Shown: positions 11,301-23,265 of the stretch, piece by piece | Layout: each line of letters begins with the position of its first letter | Position numbering within the stretch: the first letter of the stretch is position 1 | The notes under the pieces: model-generated | What the model was told of the DNA's origin: nothing | Seen by the model: the letters and a program-made list of their open reading frames with translations, nothing else | The model's database searches: none | Assembly: GCF_036321535.1 (NCBI RefSeq) | Contig: NC_087436.1 | Coordinates: 22,012,001 to 22,076,000, forward strand | Direction: 5' to 3' | Length of the DNA: 64,000 bases | Source: Camelus dromedarius | Lineage: Eukaryota | Translations under genes and position numbers: made by a program

Positions 11301-14214
11301 TCTATTATCAGAGTGTTGAGAGGCTTAAAAATTCTCGTTACAAAGCTAAATCACCATGGGACGGGCACAGGACCAGACGGAGCAGAGTGATGTTATTAAC
11401 AAAAAATTAACTCAGGCTGCTGAGCTATTGGTAAAAAATAAGCAAAACATAGTCTTCATCGGTGAGCCATATGTTGGGATCTACAAATCTGACTGCTTAG
11501 TCAAAAATACAGATGTGGGGAAGTAACGGAATTATGAGGCAGCAACAGGTACATCGCTGTTCTAGACTTGAGCTAACACAAGCAAAGTTTAAACCCAGTG
11601 TCACCTGGTGCACAGTAGGCAGTAAATCGTACTTCCTGCCCCCACCCCCATCTTCTCAGCATGCTTCCTGTATTATCCTGTAGTGTCTTAATTGAGAACA
11701 ACCTTAAAATTCACATTATATTAGCATTTTATTGTTGTAGTATAGAAACAAACAATCTAGCATCATTTCACTATGTCTAAGGAATCTTTTCATTAGTTTG
11801 GCTTTATTATTTATTTGTTTGCTTGTTTATTTGTTTATTGATTAGTCTCTGTGGGTGTGTACTGATTCCTTGCATTGATTTCTTATCATTCAACCTTAAA
11901 CTCTGAGTTACTTTTTCCGCCCTCTAACTTTCTAGAAACCAAAAATTAATACTGTTGGTTCAAGTTATGTGGGTATGCTTATCCTCCTTGAAAAGTAAGA
12001 TTCTGATTTTGAATTTGGAGTATTAATATTTTGAACTCAGTGTCTTAAAAGACAAAGGAAAACAGAAAAAAAGGGGGGGGGGTGGAGAAAAAAGAAAAAG
12101 AAGAAAAAAAGTCCAAATTTTCTAATCACATTTTTCACACCAACTTTTATACATTTTAAAAATTTTCCCAACAAATATTACTTATGTTGGTATCTACACA
12201 GACCAACATGAGTAATATTTTACACACTCTTTAGGGAAATATATGTAAATTAAAATCTCCCACATAGTAGTTAAGGGGAAAATAACACATTTTTTGTTTT
12301 ATTGCTATGAAGACTTAAAAAGCAGTTACTTAACTGAAGGGAGAAGCAGTTTTTTGTTAAGAGAGATGTATTCCTGACCCCAATAGTCCCAAGTCTTATA
12401 AATATATAAGTGATGATTTTGATAACCTCATCCTTCAGAGTGATGAGAGAAACATGTGTTAGCGAGGACATCTGAGATGGCCAAAGAGGACACAAATGAG
12501 AAAAATAATACTAAATGAGGAAAATCATAGAAAGTAGGCCCTAGCAGTTGAAAATGAGCTGAAATGAACAGAGAAGGCAAGGAGCAATGCTAGTAGACTC
12601 AGTGGATTAGAGACTCTGAAAGATTCTACAGAGAATACAGAGTAAACATGGAAGAATATTATTAATGGGCATACATCAGCTCTGCAATGACAAAGAGCCA
12701 CATTTTTCTAAGAAGTAGCCTTAAGAACATCCTCACAAGTGAATAGCGTGTTCCTGACTACTTGTGCAGTGCACTTGTGTGTGTTAGTACGATTCCAGGA
12801 CACTGTGTATTCTGCCGTTTTCCCACAGACAGTTGAATTATCATGGAATGCGGTGCCCCCGGAACGAGGCAGTATTGTCTGCTAAATCCACTCAGGAGAT
12901 CTGAACTATAGACGTTGACATCCTAGGTTTCAGAAAATCGCTGTCTTAAAATTCCTGAGAGAAAGGAAGAATAAAGAACAGAAAGGCAGAAGAAACTAAG
13001 AATAGGAAAGCGTATTATACTGGCAAAGTAAGAGGGGCTATGAGGCTTTTTAAATGTTGCATGTATCTCTTAATGCAGGATGTAAATTGATTTAACCTGG
13101 ATGTAGTCACGGGTATGGAGTGGTAACTGTGAAACCATGTAAAGGAGTCCAGTCATTTATTGGACCGGAAACATAACCCAAATTGGCCCATCAGTTGTTA
13201 AGTGGCATCTAATTTTCTGGAGTACAGTGAACAAGGATATATGTGTAACATTTCTGAGAAACCAGACCCAACATCTAGAATTTGAGAAGTAAAGAAAAAA
13301 TTGCATTCTCGGGAGCAAAAGTCTTACAGCCTTAGGGAAGTGGCCGGTTCTCTTAGGGATGGTAAGGTAAGAATAGTGCTATTGGGGGAACTTGGAGCTA
13401 GATGATTATTTCCCTAAATCCTTGTTTGGATAAGCCCACTTTTCTGTTCAAGATGCCCCCTATCCTCTGTACCCTGGCCTATTGTGCCCTTGAGAGGCAT
13501 GGATTTATCTCTTCTATTTTCCCTGTGAAGAGTCTGTAGCAGGTATAAGAAATTAACTTTCATCAGAGGGGAAGGTATGTTTCCATCAGGCTATATTGGG
13601 CTCAATCTGTAATATTTATTTATACTTGCAAGAAAAGAAGCTTTATTAGCATTCACAGGCTTCCTTTTCTGATGAAAGGATGTACAGAACAGAGGAGCAA
13701 GTCTTTCCATGACCCCTTGGGACATCTCAGTTGTTAAGACAGTGCCTCCCTGTGGACCAACTTTTTCTCCAAGTAAAAGAACACTAGCCTCCCAGATAAA
13801 TCTCTGCTCAGAGGGTGAGTTTACCATTTACATGTGGTACACCTGCGGGCAGACAGAAAATAAAGCTTTCTGCAATTTTTGGCTTCTCATTTGGAAATGC
13901 CTAGTCAGAGGTGAAATTAACAAGCATAAATGTGCAATCTGGTTTCCCAGAGGCAATATATTGATGATACCTTTGATTTCTGAAATTAACAGATAATCTA
14001 ATAAGGGGTTTTAAATTTTTTTGTATTTATCTATATGAAAACAGAGGTACCAAAAATCACAGATATATATTTAATAAAATGCTTTTATTGAGAAAGAACA
14101 AGGTTACACAAAATCAGAACCAACCCAGAATGTCTTGAGCATTTAATTACTGTAAGTGTATTGGATAGATAAAATCCATTATTATGTCAATGTATAACTA
14201 TATTCATATTAACC

Positions 14215-14420
14215 TTAACAATAATTTAAAGGCCTATTGTGTGCCTAGCATTCTATATTCATTACTTCATATAATCGTTGTAACAAATCTATGAAATCTG
14301 TTCTTTCTCTTCCATTTTACAGATGAGAAAATAGAGGCTGAAAGAGATAGAGTAATTTATCCAAAGTCACATAATTCCTTAGGCTAGATCCTGGTTTCAA
14401 ATACAGTTTTATCTTGAGTT
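14215..14420 (-). mobile_element. MIR SINE
   Basis: cctattgtgtgcctagcatt...ccattttacagatgagaaaatagaggctgaaagagatagagtaatttatccaaagtcacata. Confidence 0.8.
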
Positions 14421-15805
14421 TAAAAAAACGAAAAACAAAAAACATTTCTTTATTCTTTATTTGCTCCAGTGTGTGGTTTCTCCTCTAAGCCTAACTTTCC
14501 TTTGGCTAATTTAAGAACAGAATTGTGCAGATGTGGAAATTCTTGTCAGAGTCCCCCACTGCCACTTCCTCTGCATGTGGCCATTGCTTGTTTTCTAGAA
14601 GACAGAGGATAAACTTGTTCGATGCTACTGACACTGAACGGCAAGGAGAGATGAAATGGAGTGGGGCGAGAAAAATCTCCTGACCACGGAAGAAAGAGTT
14701 CTTAAGGGGAAAGAGACAGTTGCTTGGAATTGACCTTGAATTCTCACTGCCCCAGTGGCTCATGCCACTGTCCTTGTGAAAGCCTGTGGCAGTCACCTCT
14801 GCTTAGGTGCACACTCCATATCCAGGGCAGGTCTTAGAACAACTAGGATTTGGCCAGGGCTGCTGAATTCAAAGGCACTTGTACCAACAGTTGTGTTCTA
14901 TTTCAAACTGAGTATTTCTGGACTGAGCGCTCCTATAGAACAGTCAGGGGGCCATTTTTGGGTTCCAGCCAAAGTTGGCTAGAATGATGGAACGACTCTA
15001 TGGACTCAGTAGACTTCACATGATTTAGAAATGACGGCTAAATGAAACAAAAATGGGTATTTATTAAAACTGTATTTTGGGGTAAGCAGAAAATTAATTA
15101 ATTCAGCATGAGCCCAGAAGACCCCTGCCCTTTAGCTTCTGGATTCTCAAATATTAGAGGAATTATAGGAGAAAGAGATGATCTGCACTTTCGCTACGAA
15201 TCCAAGTAGCATCTTTAAGCATCTCAATCCAAGGTGGGCAACTTCTGGTCCTTAGGCCAGATATAGTCACAGATATTTAGCCTAAACAATGGCTGGGATT
15301 TCAAGCTTTGGACAAATCCTCAAAGCAAGCCGCAGGAGGCTTTTATTTCCTCAGGCAGTGGATCTGAATGAAGGGCCCTTCTTGACACTGGATAGGTATC
15401 CAGTTTGCTCAGTGCCTAGACCTCCCCCAGGACATTGAAGCTCCATTATGCTTCTATTGATGATTCCCTTTTAGAAGAGTAAGAGCTGTCTGGCGCTGCA
15501 TCAGCCCCAGCTGGGGATGCCTGTGAGCGTCTCACTCACCAGCACTGATGATGGAAAATGAATCCTCAACATCCCCAGTTGTTATATAGCAAAGTTAGCA
15601 ACAACAAAAAGTCACATGTAGATCTTTCATTTTTTTCTAAAAAAATTTTTCAATTATAGTTCTTTAATTACTCATTACTTTTATGTTGTTATTTTTCCCC
15701 TTTTCATTAAAAAATAACCAGTCAATTCAGTGGACACAAGCACATTTGAATCCCACCCTATCAACATCTGTTTATGTTTAAACCCTTTTGGGCTCTGACA
15801 ATGCA

Positions 15806-16284
15806 TTTATTTATTTATTTACTCTTTTTTATTGAAATATAGTCGGTTTACAGTGTTGTGTTAATTTTGGTGTACAGCATAATGTTTCAGTTATACATAT
15901 ATATGTTCTTTTTATATTCTTTTTCATTTTAGGTTATTACAAGGTTTTGAATATAGTTCCCTGTGCTATACAGTGGAACCTTATTGTTTATCTGTTTTAT
16001 ATATAGTAGTTAGTATCTGAAAATCCCAAATTCCCAATTTATCCCACCACCACCCCTACCCCACTTCCTCCCTGGTAACCATAAGTTTGTTTTCTATGTC
16101 TGTGAGTCTGTCTTGTAAAGAAGTTCATCTGTGTCATTTTTTTTTAAGATTCCACATACAATTGATATCATATGGTGTTTTTCTTTCTCTTTCTGGCTTT
16201 CTTCACTTATTAAGACAATCTCCAGATTGATCCATGTTGCTGCAAATGGCATTATTTTATTCTTTTTTTAATGACTGAGGAGTA
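15806..16284 (-). mobile_element. 5'-truncated L1 3' end with (TTTA)n/poly-T tail
   Basis: ttttttattgaaatatagtcggtttacagtgttgtg...gaatatagttccctgtgctatacag...ggtaaccataagtttgttttctatg...atccatgttgctgcaaatggc. Confidence 0.9.
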
Positions 16285-18656
16285 TGACAAGAGAATGCTT
16301 TTAAATAGCTCAATCCAAAGCAAAGCCAGTAAAAAGGCAGAAATGAAACTAAAACTCTCCTGATGAATGAATGGTGGCAGAGAGGCATTTATTTGTTCCT
16401 ACCCATTTGATTGAAGAATTCTTAAATTAAAAAGACAAGCAATACAAAACTCCGAAAGCATTCTTTCAGTCATAAGAGTTGAGGAAGGCCATTTACACAG
16501 GTCACTCCCTCCTACAGTAGGGTTTTGTGTGGGTAATGGACAGTAGGAAGTATGGCTGAAAGACTAATACGACTTATTTTGATTTCTGAAAACAGATTTT
16601 TCAGGCTTCTTTAGTGGCTACCAAAAAGTTCCTATGTAGGTTAGACTTTATGGTGATCAAATGAGTAATGCCTCCTTGAAGTAATCCAGTCACTCATCAT
16701 TTCTCACCCTTCCAGTGGGATAGTTTCAGTCTGTATAGATCCATAGGGTGTATGGGTTTCACTTTATGAAATGCCATGACTCATGCTGGTTTGGTATTTA
16801 CAAGGAAATACTGAACCTCCCGACAGCTTTTAAGGAGTTGCCTGAATATGACTGAGTCAATAAAAAAGCCATCTCACAGAAGAGTAAAACACTACTGGTA
16901 AATGTTGGTGTTGATGTTGGTAAATATTAGAAACATGGTATTAGTAAACTTTATTTTGCACAGAAAAGTCCATTCATAAAAAAGGACTTAATAAGAAAAA
17001 AAAAAAAAAGGGCTTAATTTCTTCCTTACCTCCACCCTGAGAAATAGGGGAAATGATGGGGAAATTAAGTGTCTGAGTCTGTGACTTAACAGCATGTAAG
17101 GAGAAAACAAGGAATCTGGGAACACAGCGCAGGAGTTCTTTCCCTGACATCTTGCTGCAGATGTGTCAGGGTTAGGAAGGTCTCTGGGCTGCTGGGAAGG
17201 AAAGAGATACAGGCAGCCTGCGGTACGACTTTGGTTGTTGTTTTCTGTGCCTGTTTTTAGATGCAGAACATAAAGAAACACAAAGTGCCATTATGGTTGT
17301 TTTTACTTCATCAGTATTGGAGCATCTGCAGATTGAGTAGGACAGAACATTTGAGTTTCGTGGAGATTTTCTCTGTTTTTATTACAAGTGAGTCTGAGAG
17401 GTTCTCTGATAAAATGGAGAACAGCTGCTCACTTCTGAGAACTAACCACAGCCCACGATCAAGCCTGATATGAAATAAGAAAAAAGGTAACTTATTTTGA
17501 GTGACATATCCTAAGTCCATAAGGCAGAGATGAAGCTACCAGCAGAAAATGGGCAAGATGCGTGTGTTTGAAACAAATTGACTCCAGCTTCAAAATCCAA
17601 GGACAGATAAATGTCAATATCAGTAAGTGGAGAGAAATGCTGTATGCTGTGAGCAGAAAGCCAGGAGAATGAGTGATAAAACTAAACATCCATTAGGCAA
17701 GTAGAGGAAATGATCAAAATAACCACCAAAGAACAGTAAAGTCTGAATCTATCTTTTTTTTTTTTCCTTCCGTTGATATGTTGACATAATTGAAGCCTTG
17801 CAGTAGTGTTTTCTAAAACTGTAGATCTCTCGGGTTAGACAATAAAGAATGGTGGCCGAGGGTCTTCCAAAGACAGGTGCCATTGTGCAAGAGAGGAATT
17901 CGGTATGTCAGGAGAAGAAATGGAGCTGAGGGAGTGTGATGTGAGAAAACTACCAGAGCGTTCTAGTCATGTGAATGTGAGCACTAAATATTTCTAAGCC
18001 TCTAGTTATTAGTATGTAAAACTGAAATAATAATTCAAAGCACCGTTCTGAGAAATTAAGAGAGGACTGGCGAACTGCCTCAAATATAGTGACGGCTGTA
18101 TAAGCAGTTGCTGTTACTTTTTCCACACATGCTTTCCTAAGCTTTCCTGCATGGCTAGAGGCATGTGGTTCTAAGAAGGAAAAATTCTAACAAAATGCCG
18201 TACAGGGGTAAAAAGGATCTCAAAGTCTGTCAAGAAGGAGTTAAGAAGTTTTATTTGCCCAGCATTGCTTAGCCAATAGAACTGGCCAAAAATCAGACCT
18301 GTTTTCATTCCAAAGTTCCTCTATCCTATTTTCCTTCCATAAATGAACTGATCTGTAAGCAATGGAAAGGTGATAATTACATTTCTAATTTCCTTTGTTT
18401 TGAAGTTTCAGATTTAAGCTGCAGTACCTCTGTCCCAGTGGGTGAGGCCCTGTGTCCTGCTGCAGTGCCACAGTATAGCTTAAATATACCGCCCTTCCGT
18501 CCCTTCCTGCACTGGTCAGGGGCCTGAGGTGTGGATGCTTTAGAGCCCAGCACACTCTCACCATGAATCCAGGACCCAGGACTACTTCTTAGTTCCTCTG
18601 TCACAGCTCCAGCCTGCCCCCAGCCACCAGCTCAGCCTAGCTTGAACCCTGCCCCT

Positions 18657-18669
18657 CGCCCCCTAGTGA
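18657..18669 (-). promoter_or_regulatory. Candidate CTCF site
   Basis: Minus strand reads TCACTAGGGGGCG, 12/13 to the CCASYAGRKGGCR core, with TGCAA 7 nt upstream. Confidence 0.55.
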
Positions 18670-19565
18670 GGACACTTTGCATTATTCTCAGGGATCCAAA
18701 TGCAGGTAGTAAAATTACAATTTCAAAGCCAGGTGGGGAAACACAGCCAGAGGAGATGTGAGACTTGCTGAACAGGATTTTTTTTTTCTTTCCCAACTGT
18801 GGGAATGATATGTGAGAGGGGAAAATATTCAGGTAAATATGGTATGGGGAGGAGTGTCTGTAATACGAGCCTGGTATCTCAAGGGAAAGTCCTTAGTTTT
18901 GTGCCCCCCCCCCCCCGCCCCACGCAAGAATTAACCCATCCTTTCTCTATAGTTCTCCCTCCCAGACTTTGCTGGAATCCCAGACTGAGGAAGCTTTTAA
19001 CCCTTTCTCCTCCTCCTCCTCTGCCCCTTGCCTGGGGCTAGCGTAGCCTCCCTTCCCAGTTTCTGTCCCTGTGCAGGACTGTAGGAGGCCAGCTCTAGTG
19101 AACAGATAGGTAAAGATGAAGTGTGCATTCCAACGTTTGACCTAATCCAGCCAGTGTCAATAAGGAGCAGCGTAATCTTTTCCCGGATGAGGCCCAACTC
19201 AGTTTACTTAGTCTAGGAGTGTGAATTAAAGCCCAGGCTTTGATGACTAATTAAAGTCCCTCAAGTCCCTGAGCTGTGTGTGCATAATCACGCATTAGAA
19301 CTGGGATCCCAGGGCAGTCGAGACTTGCAAGAGCTGCAAATGTGGCCAGTGGAAATGAATTCTCAAGTCAGCTCCGTAACACGTGACTTCCTATTTCTGT
19401 AAGTTACTTCCAAGAGACTTCCTCTGTAAAGTCAGCCCCGAGTCCCAGAAGATTTCCATTCAGCACTGTAGCTAAGCTGACTTCCAGCCCGGGGCAGAAG
19501 TTTTCCCTGAGACCTGGTGTTAGTTTCTTTCTTTTTTTTTTTTCTCTTTCCTTTGCCATTGCCAG

Positions 19566-19684
19566 CATGCAAGGATCTCGTGGCTCCTGTCCGTGATCGG
19601 AAGCTGAATACACTGGTGCAGATCTCAGTAATCCACCCCGCGGAGCAGGGTCTGACAAGATACTCCAGCACGGAGATTGTGGAG
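19566..19684 (+). CDS. INPP4B: INPP4B internal coding exon (119 nt, phase 1 to 0), C2 domain: (A)[39 protein letters not shown]
   Basis: Translation matches recalled mammalian INPP4B. Long polypyrimidine tract then gccag acceptor (AG 19564-19565); donor GAG|gtgagt at 19685. Confidence 0.96.
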
Positions 19685-21724
19685 GTGAGTGTGCTGTGTG
19701 CCGGCTGACTCTCGCGCTCTCTCTCAGTTGCTCTCTGAATTTGAGCACATGGGCTGAAATAAGTTAGATCATGGCCTGCAGCTATGCTCGGTCACTGTCC
19801 TCTGTCATTTAGGAAAACACACCTGAGGTTACTGAGCGTGCATTTGTAACTTACCAGAATAAACAAACGGGGGAAGAACTTGCCTTTTTATAAAAGACCT
19901 TATTTTTCTTTAGTAAATAGAAGGAAAATCTCCACTTTGAATCTTTGAGTAGAGTACTAAATAGAGAAAAAAATATATATAAATTTTAAATTAAATGGAA
20001 TGAATATTTCTTTGGGGAAAAAAAGAAAGTTGTAAAGTACCCAGAGAAGTTTTAAACCTGTTAAAAGTGTTTTTGCCCATTTCATTTTTTCCTGTGTTCT
20101 CCAAACTGACTGTGGAAACTTGATAATCTCTGCTGTCCTTTTCTTTTTCAAAGAAAAACATGTCTTTTTAAAGTATGATGTTTTTCAAAGAAAGGTAGAT
20201 GATTCATTTGAGCAACTGTAACGTTTCTAGGCAAGAGGTGTAAATATTACTCATCCCGATGAGAGATTTCCTATTTACATTTATTGTTACTAATATAACA
20301 TCCAAAATGTGTCGGGAGGAAACTTGTATTATTGTGTTGGATCAGATTCAAAAGAGGAAGTGTTTCCCTTTTGATTATTTTGTTCTCATCTTGCATATTT
20401 CACAGCCCCAGTGAATGAGATACTTATTTGAACATCTGGAACCAAAGAAAGTGTACTCTAAACCCCTGAAGCTTTGCGTTTCTTAGACTTGGGAGCCCTG
20501 AAAGAGAAGTTTCTCTGCAAGAGCCTGAATTGCCTACCCCCAGACCACGATTGCTCAGTGCAGTTGGTGGAATAAATGATTCAGACTAAACACCACTCAT
20601 TTCTCTAATGGGAATGACCCAGATCCTGCGCAGGGCCCTGAATCGGCCCCTGGGATACTTCAGATTCCAGTGCTGGTCTAATTAGTAGTTACTGCTGTGG
20701 TTGAATAAACAAAAATAGTTTTATTCACTTGTAGGAAACTTAACTAAAAATTGGAAAATTGTTCACTTATATGATAATTATTTCCAGGTATTATTCCAAC
20801 TTACTTATTTGAAACATTAAAGAAATTATTTTGACATGCTTATTTGAACATGTATAGCTGTCGTCGACTGTTTCATTCACTGCCTGTTCCAAAGTGTCTA
20901 ACACAGGGCTGAACACAAGGTAGTATTTGTTGAATAAAAGGAAGAAAGAATGAGTGACTAAATGAATAACTTTGGCTTCCAGAAACTTCCATAGACAACT
21001 GGTTTACAGAACTCTAGCAGACATCTCTGTGATATTCAGCAATATATGTATTCAAATATAGATACAAAATTTAATGTTGGATGGCAGCTCTCTAAAAATT
21101 AATTCTGAGGCATTGAAATACCCTGTGCACTGCATCCTGAGCTAGTAATCCCATAGCCCCAAATCCATCATATTTAGTTTCCTTCATTAGTTTTCAAATC
21201 AGTCTGAGAAAAAAAAAAAAAATAGCAGAACATCTGAAAACAAATGGATGCTATCAGAGCATGACTTTCAACTGAATCATTACAGAAGGGAAATAAATGG
21301 ACAGTCTAAGATTACCTAATGCTTCTTTATGAGAAAATAGCTTCCTTTTAATTTGATCAGTCGATATCTTAGGTTATTTGCACCAATCACAGGTTAGATC
21401 CATTCAGTGTGTTCTAAGCGGACTGACCACTGACCCTAAAGAAGGGCTCTGGGTATAATGAAAATAAATTGTTTTTCAAGATTTTTAGCTGCCCTGACAA
21501 TGATACAGGGCTTTACCAGCAGCAGCTCTATCAGTACTTTGGGGACCTGGGCCATGTTGTTCCCCATGGGCATCATTTGACAATTCAGATCTCTCTTCTC
21601 ATAGAACTATTTCCTAGAAAAACAAACAGACCCAGACACTTTCTGCATTCTCATGTGTCACTGCCTGCTGCCGACTGCGGTGGCTGCCTTATTGAATCAA
21701 AGTTGTCTGCTTGTGCCGTTACAG

Positions 21725-21841
21725 GGAACAAGAGACCCACTGTTCTTAACTGGCGTCACATTCCCATCTGAGTATCCCATCTATGAGGAGACCAAAATAA
21801 AACTAACAGTCTATGATGTCAAGGATAAATCTCACGACACC
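21725..21841 (+). CDS. INPP4B: INPP4B internal coding exon (117 nt, phase 0 to 0), C2 domain: [39 protein letters not shown]
   Basis: Continues the previous exon in frame and matches recalled INPP4B. Acceptor ttacag (AG 21723-21724); donor ACC|gtaagt at 21842. Confidence 0.96.
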
Positions 21842-23049
21842 GTAAGTACTTGCACTTCCTTCTTTCTTTGGGAAAAGAAATCAATAGGCTTTTCCAAACC
21901 ATCGCGGATTTGGTATAACTGGCATTTTTCAAAGAGGGTCTTTGTACTGTGTTTATGCTTGTCTTATGTTTACAGTTTGCTGGGTTTTTTTTTTTTTTTT
22001 TTTTTTTTTTTCAAATTCGTGTGGCTTAGTACCAAGTTGGCAAATTGGTTAGGAGCAAAAGCTTTCAGAACAGATTTCCCTCTTTTTCAGGAAGGCTGGC
22101 TTGATGTGCTGGTTTACATTTTTGCTGTTGTTGCTGTAAGGAGTTGCTGAAAGAGTAACATTGTGGGCAGAAAGCAAGTGGAGGAGACTAAATAATGTTT
22201 CAAAATTTTCTAGATATTGTCATTATTCTAAAATGGGATTGATAACGTACTCTGCTTTCACAATTTGTTCTTTTACAATTTATTCATACTGAATAAGAGA
22301 AACTCCCTCTGTTCTTCTGATGTTCGTGGCATCAAAGCAAACAGAGGAGGTAACTGGCAGCACCAGGCAGGAGCTTTAATTAGCCTCTTCACCAGAAGCT
22401 TATGTCCAGTCCTGATGGTCTTCTGTCCTAGGTTCTTCAGTTTTCCTACAGGGTCTGACTTTTCCTCCTTGAATCGGTGGATTCAGGTGAAACTGTTAGG
22501 TACCCTGGCACTGTCTCTGGAGACCACTCTGAAAATCCCTGAACAGGAGAGAATGCCTTTGGCAGGTGTTGAGAAGGGGATGGTTTCAAGGGTGCCCTCT
22601 TTAAATCTCTCCCATAACGTGCATTTTTGTCTGTTTACAAGGTGGGGGGCGGGGGAGCTATGGGCACGTGGATGGTCCACAGAGCAGTATAACCCAGGAA
22701 ACACTTTGAGGGCAGTAAGCCAGGAGGCTCCAGGGGAATTCTGGTTGAAGCTAAGAGGTGCTGCTGGGCCCGGAGAGTCACATATACCTGGTCAAGGGGA
22801 AATGCAACTCTGGACTCTACACTCACTAGGCATCTCTGTCTTGCTTGTGATTCTTTCTTTCCTTTCCACTCTTTACCATAAAGTATATAACATAAGTGAA
22901 TGGTGGGGATATTTAATAAAGAGAAAAATATTCTATATTGAAAGAATTTCTACTCCTCTTAGCTCCAGAAAAGTTCATTTCCTTAAAATTGCAGAAGAAA
23001 TGCCCAATTGCATGCACAGTACATACGTGGAAGAGAACCAGCGATGGGG

Positions 23050-23265
23050 TCTGGTAGACTTGTGGAGAGGGTGGACTGTCTGGTTCCTGTCCCACGTGCT
23101 GGCTTTGTGGCTCTGGGACAGTTGCTCCTTAGCTCCTCTGTTTCTTAACTGATACTCACCTGGTGGGGTTGTTGTAAGGACTAAATAAGTGAATCTGTGT
23201 AAAATAGTTAGAAGACTAATAGCTACAGATTAATTAAGAGCAAGGTTATTCTTGTAGTTATTGTT
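23050..23265 (+). mobile_element. MIR SINE
   Basis: ggactgtctggttcc...gctggctttgtggctctgggacagttgctccttagctcctctgtttc...gggttgttgtaaggactaaataag...gtaaaatagttagaa. Confidence 0.7.

Noticed and set aside
12829..12930. Acceptor-like ttttcccacag followed by CpG-containing sequence as a possible INPP4B exon
   Set aside because: Translation does not match recalled INPP4B and there is no convincing donor.
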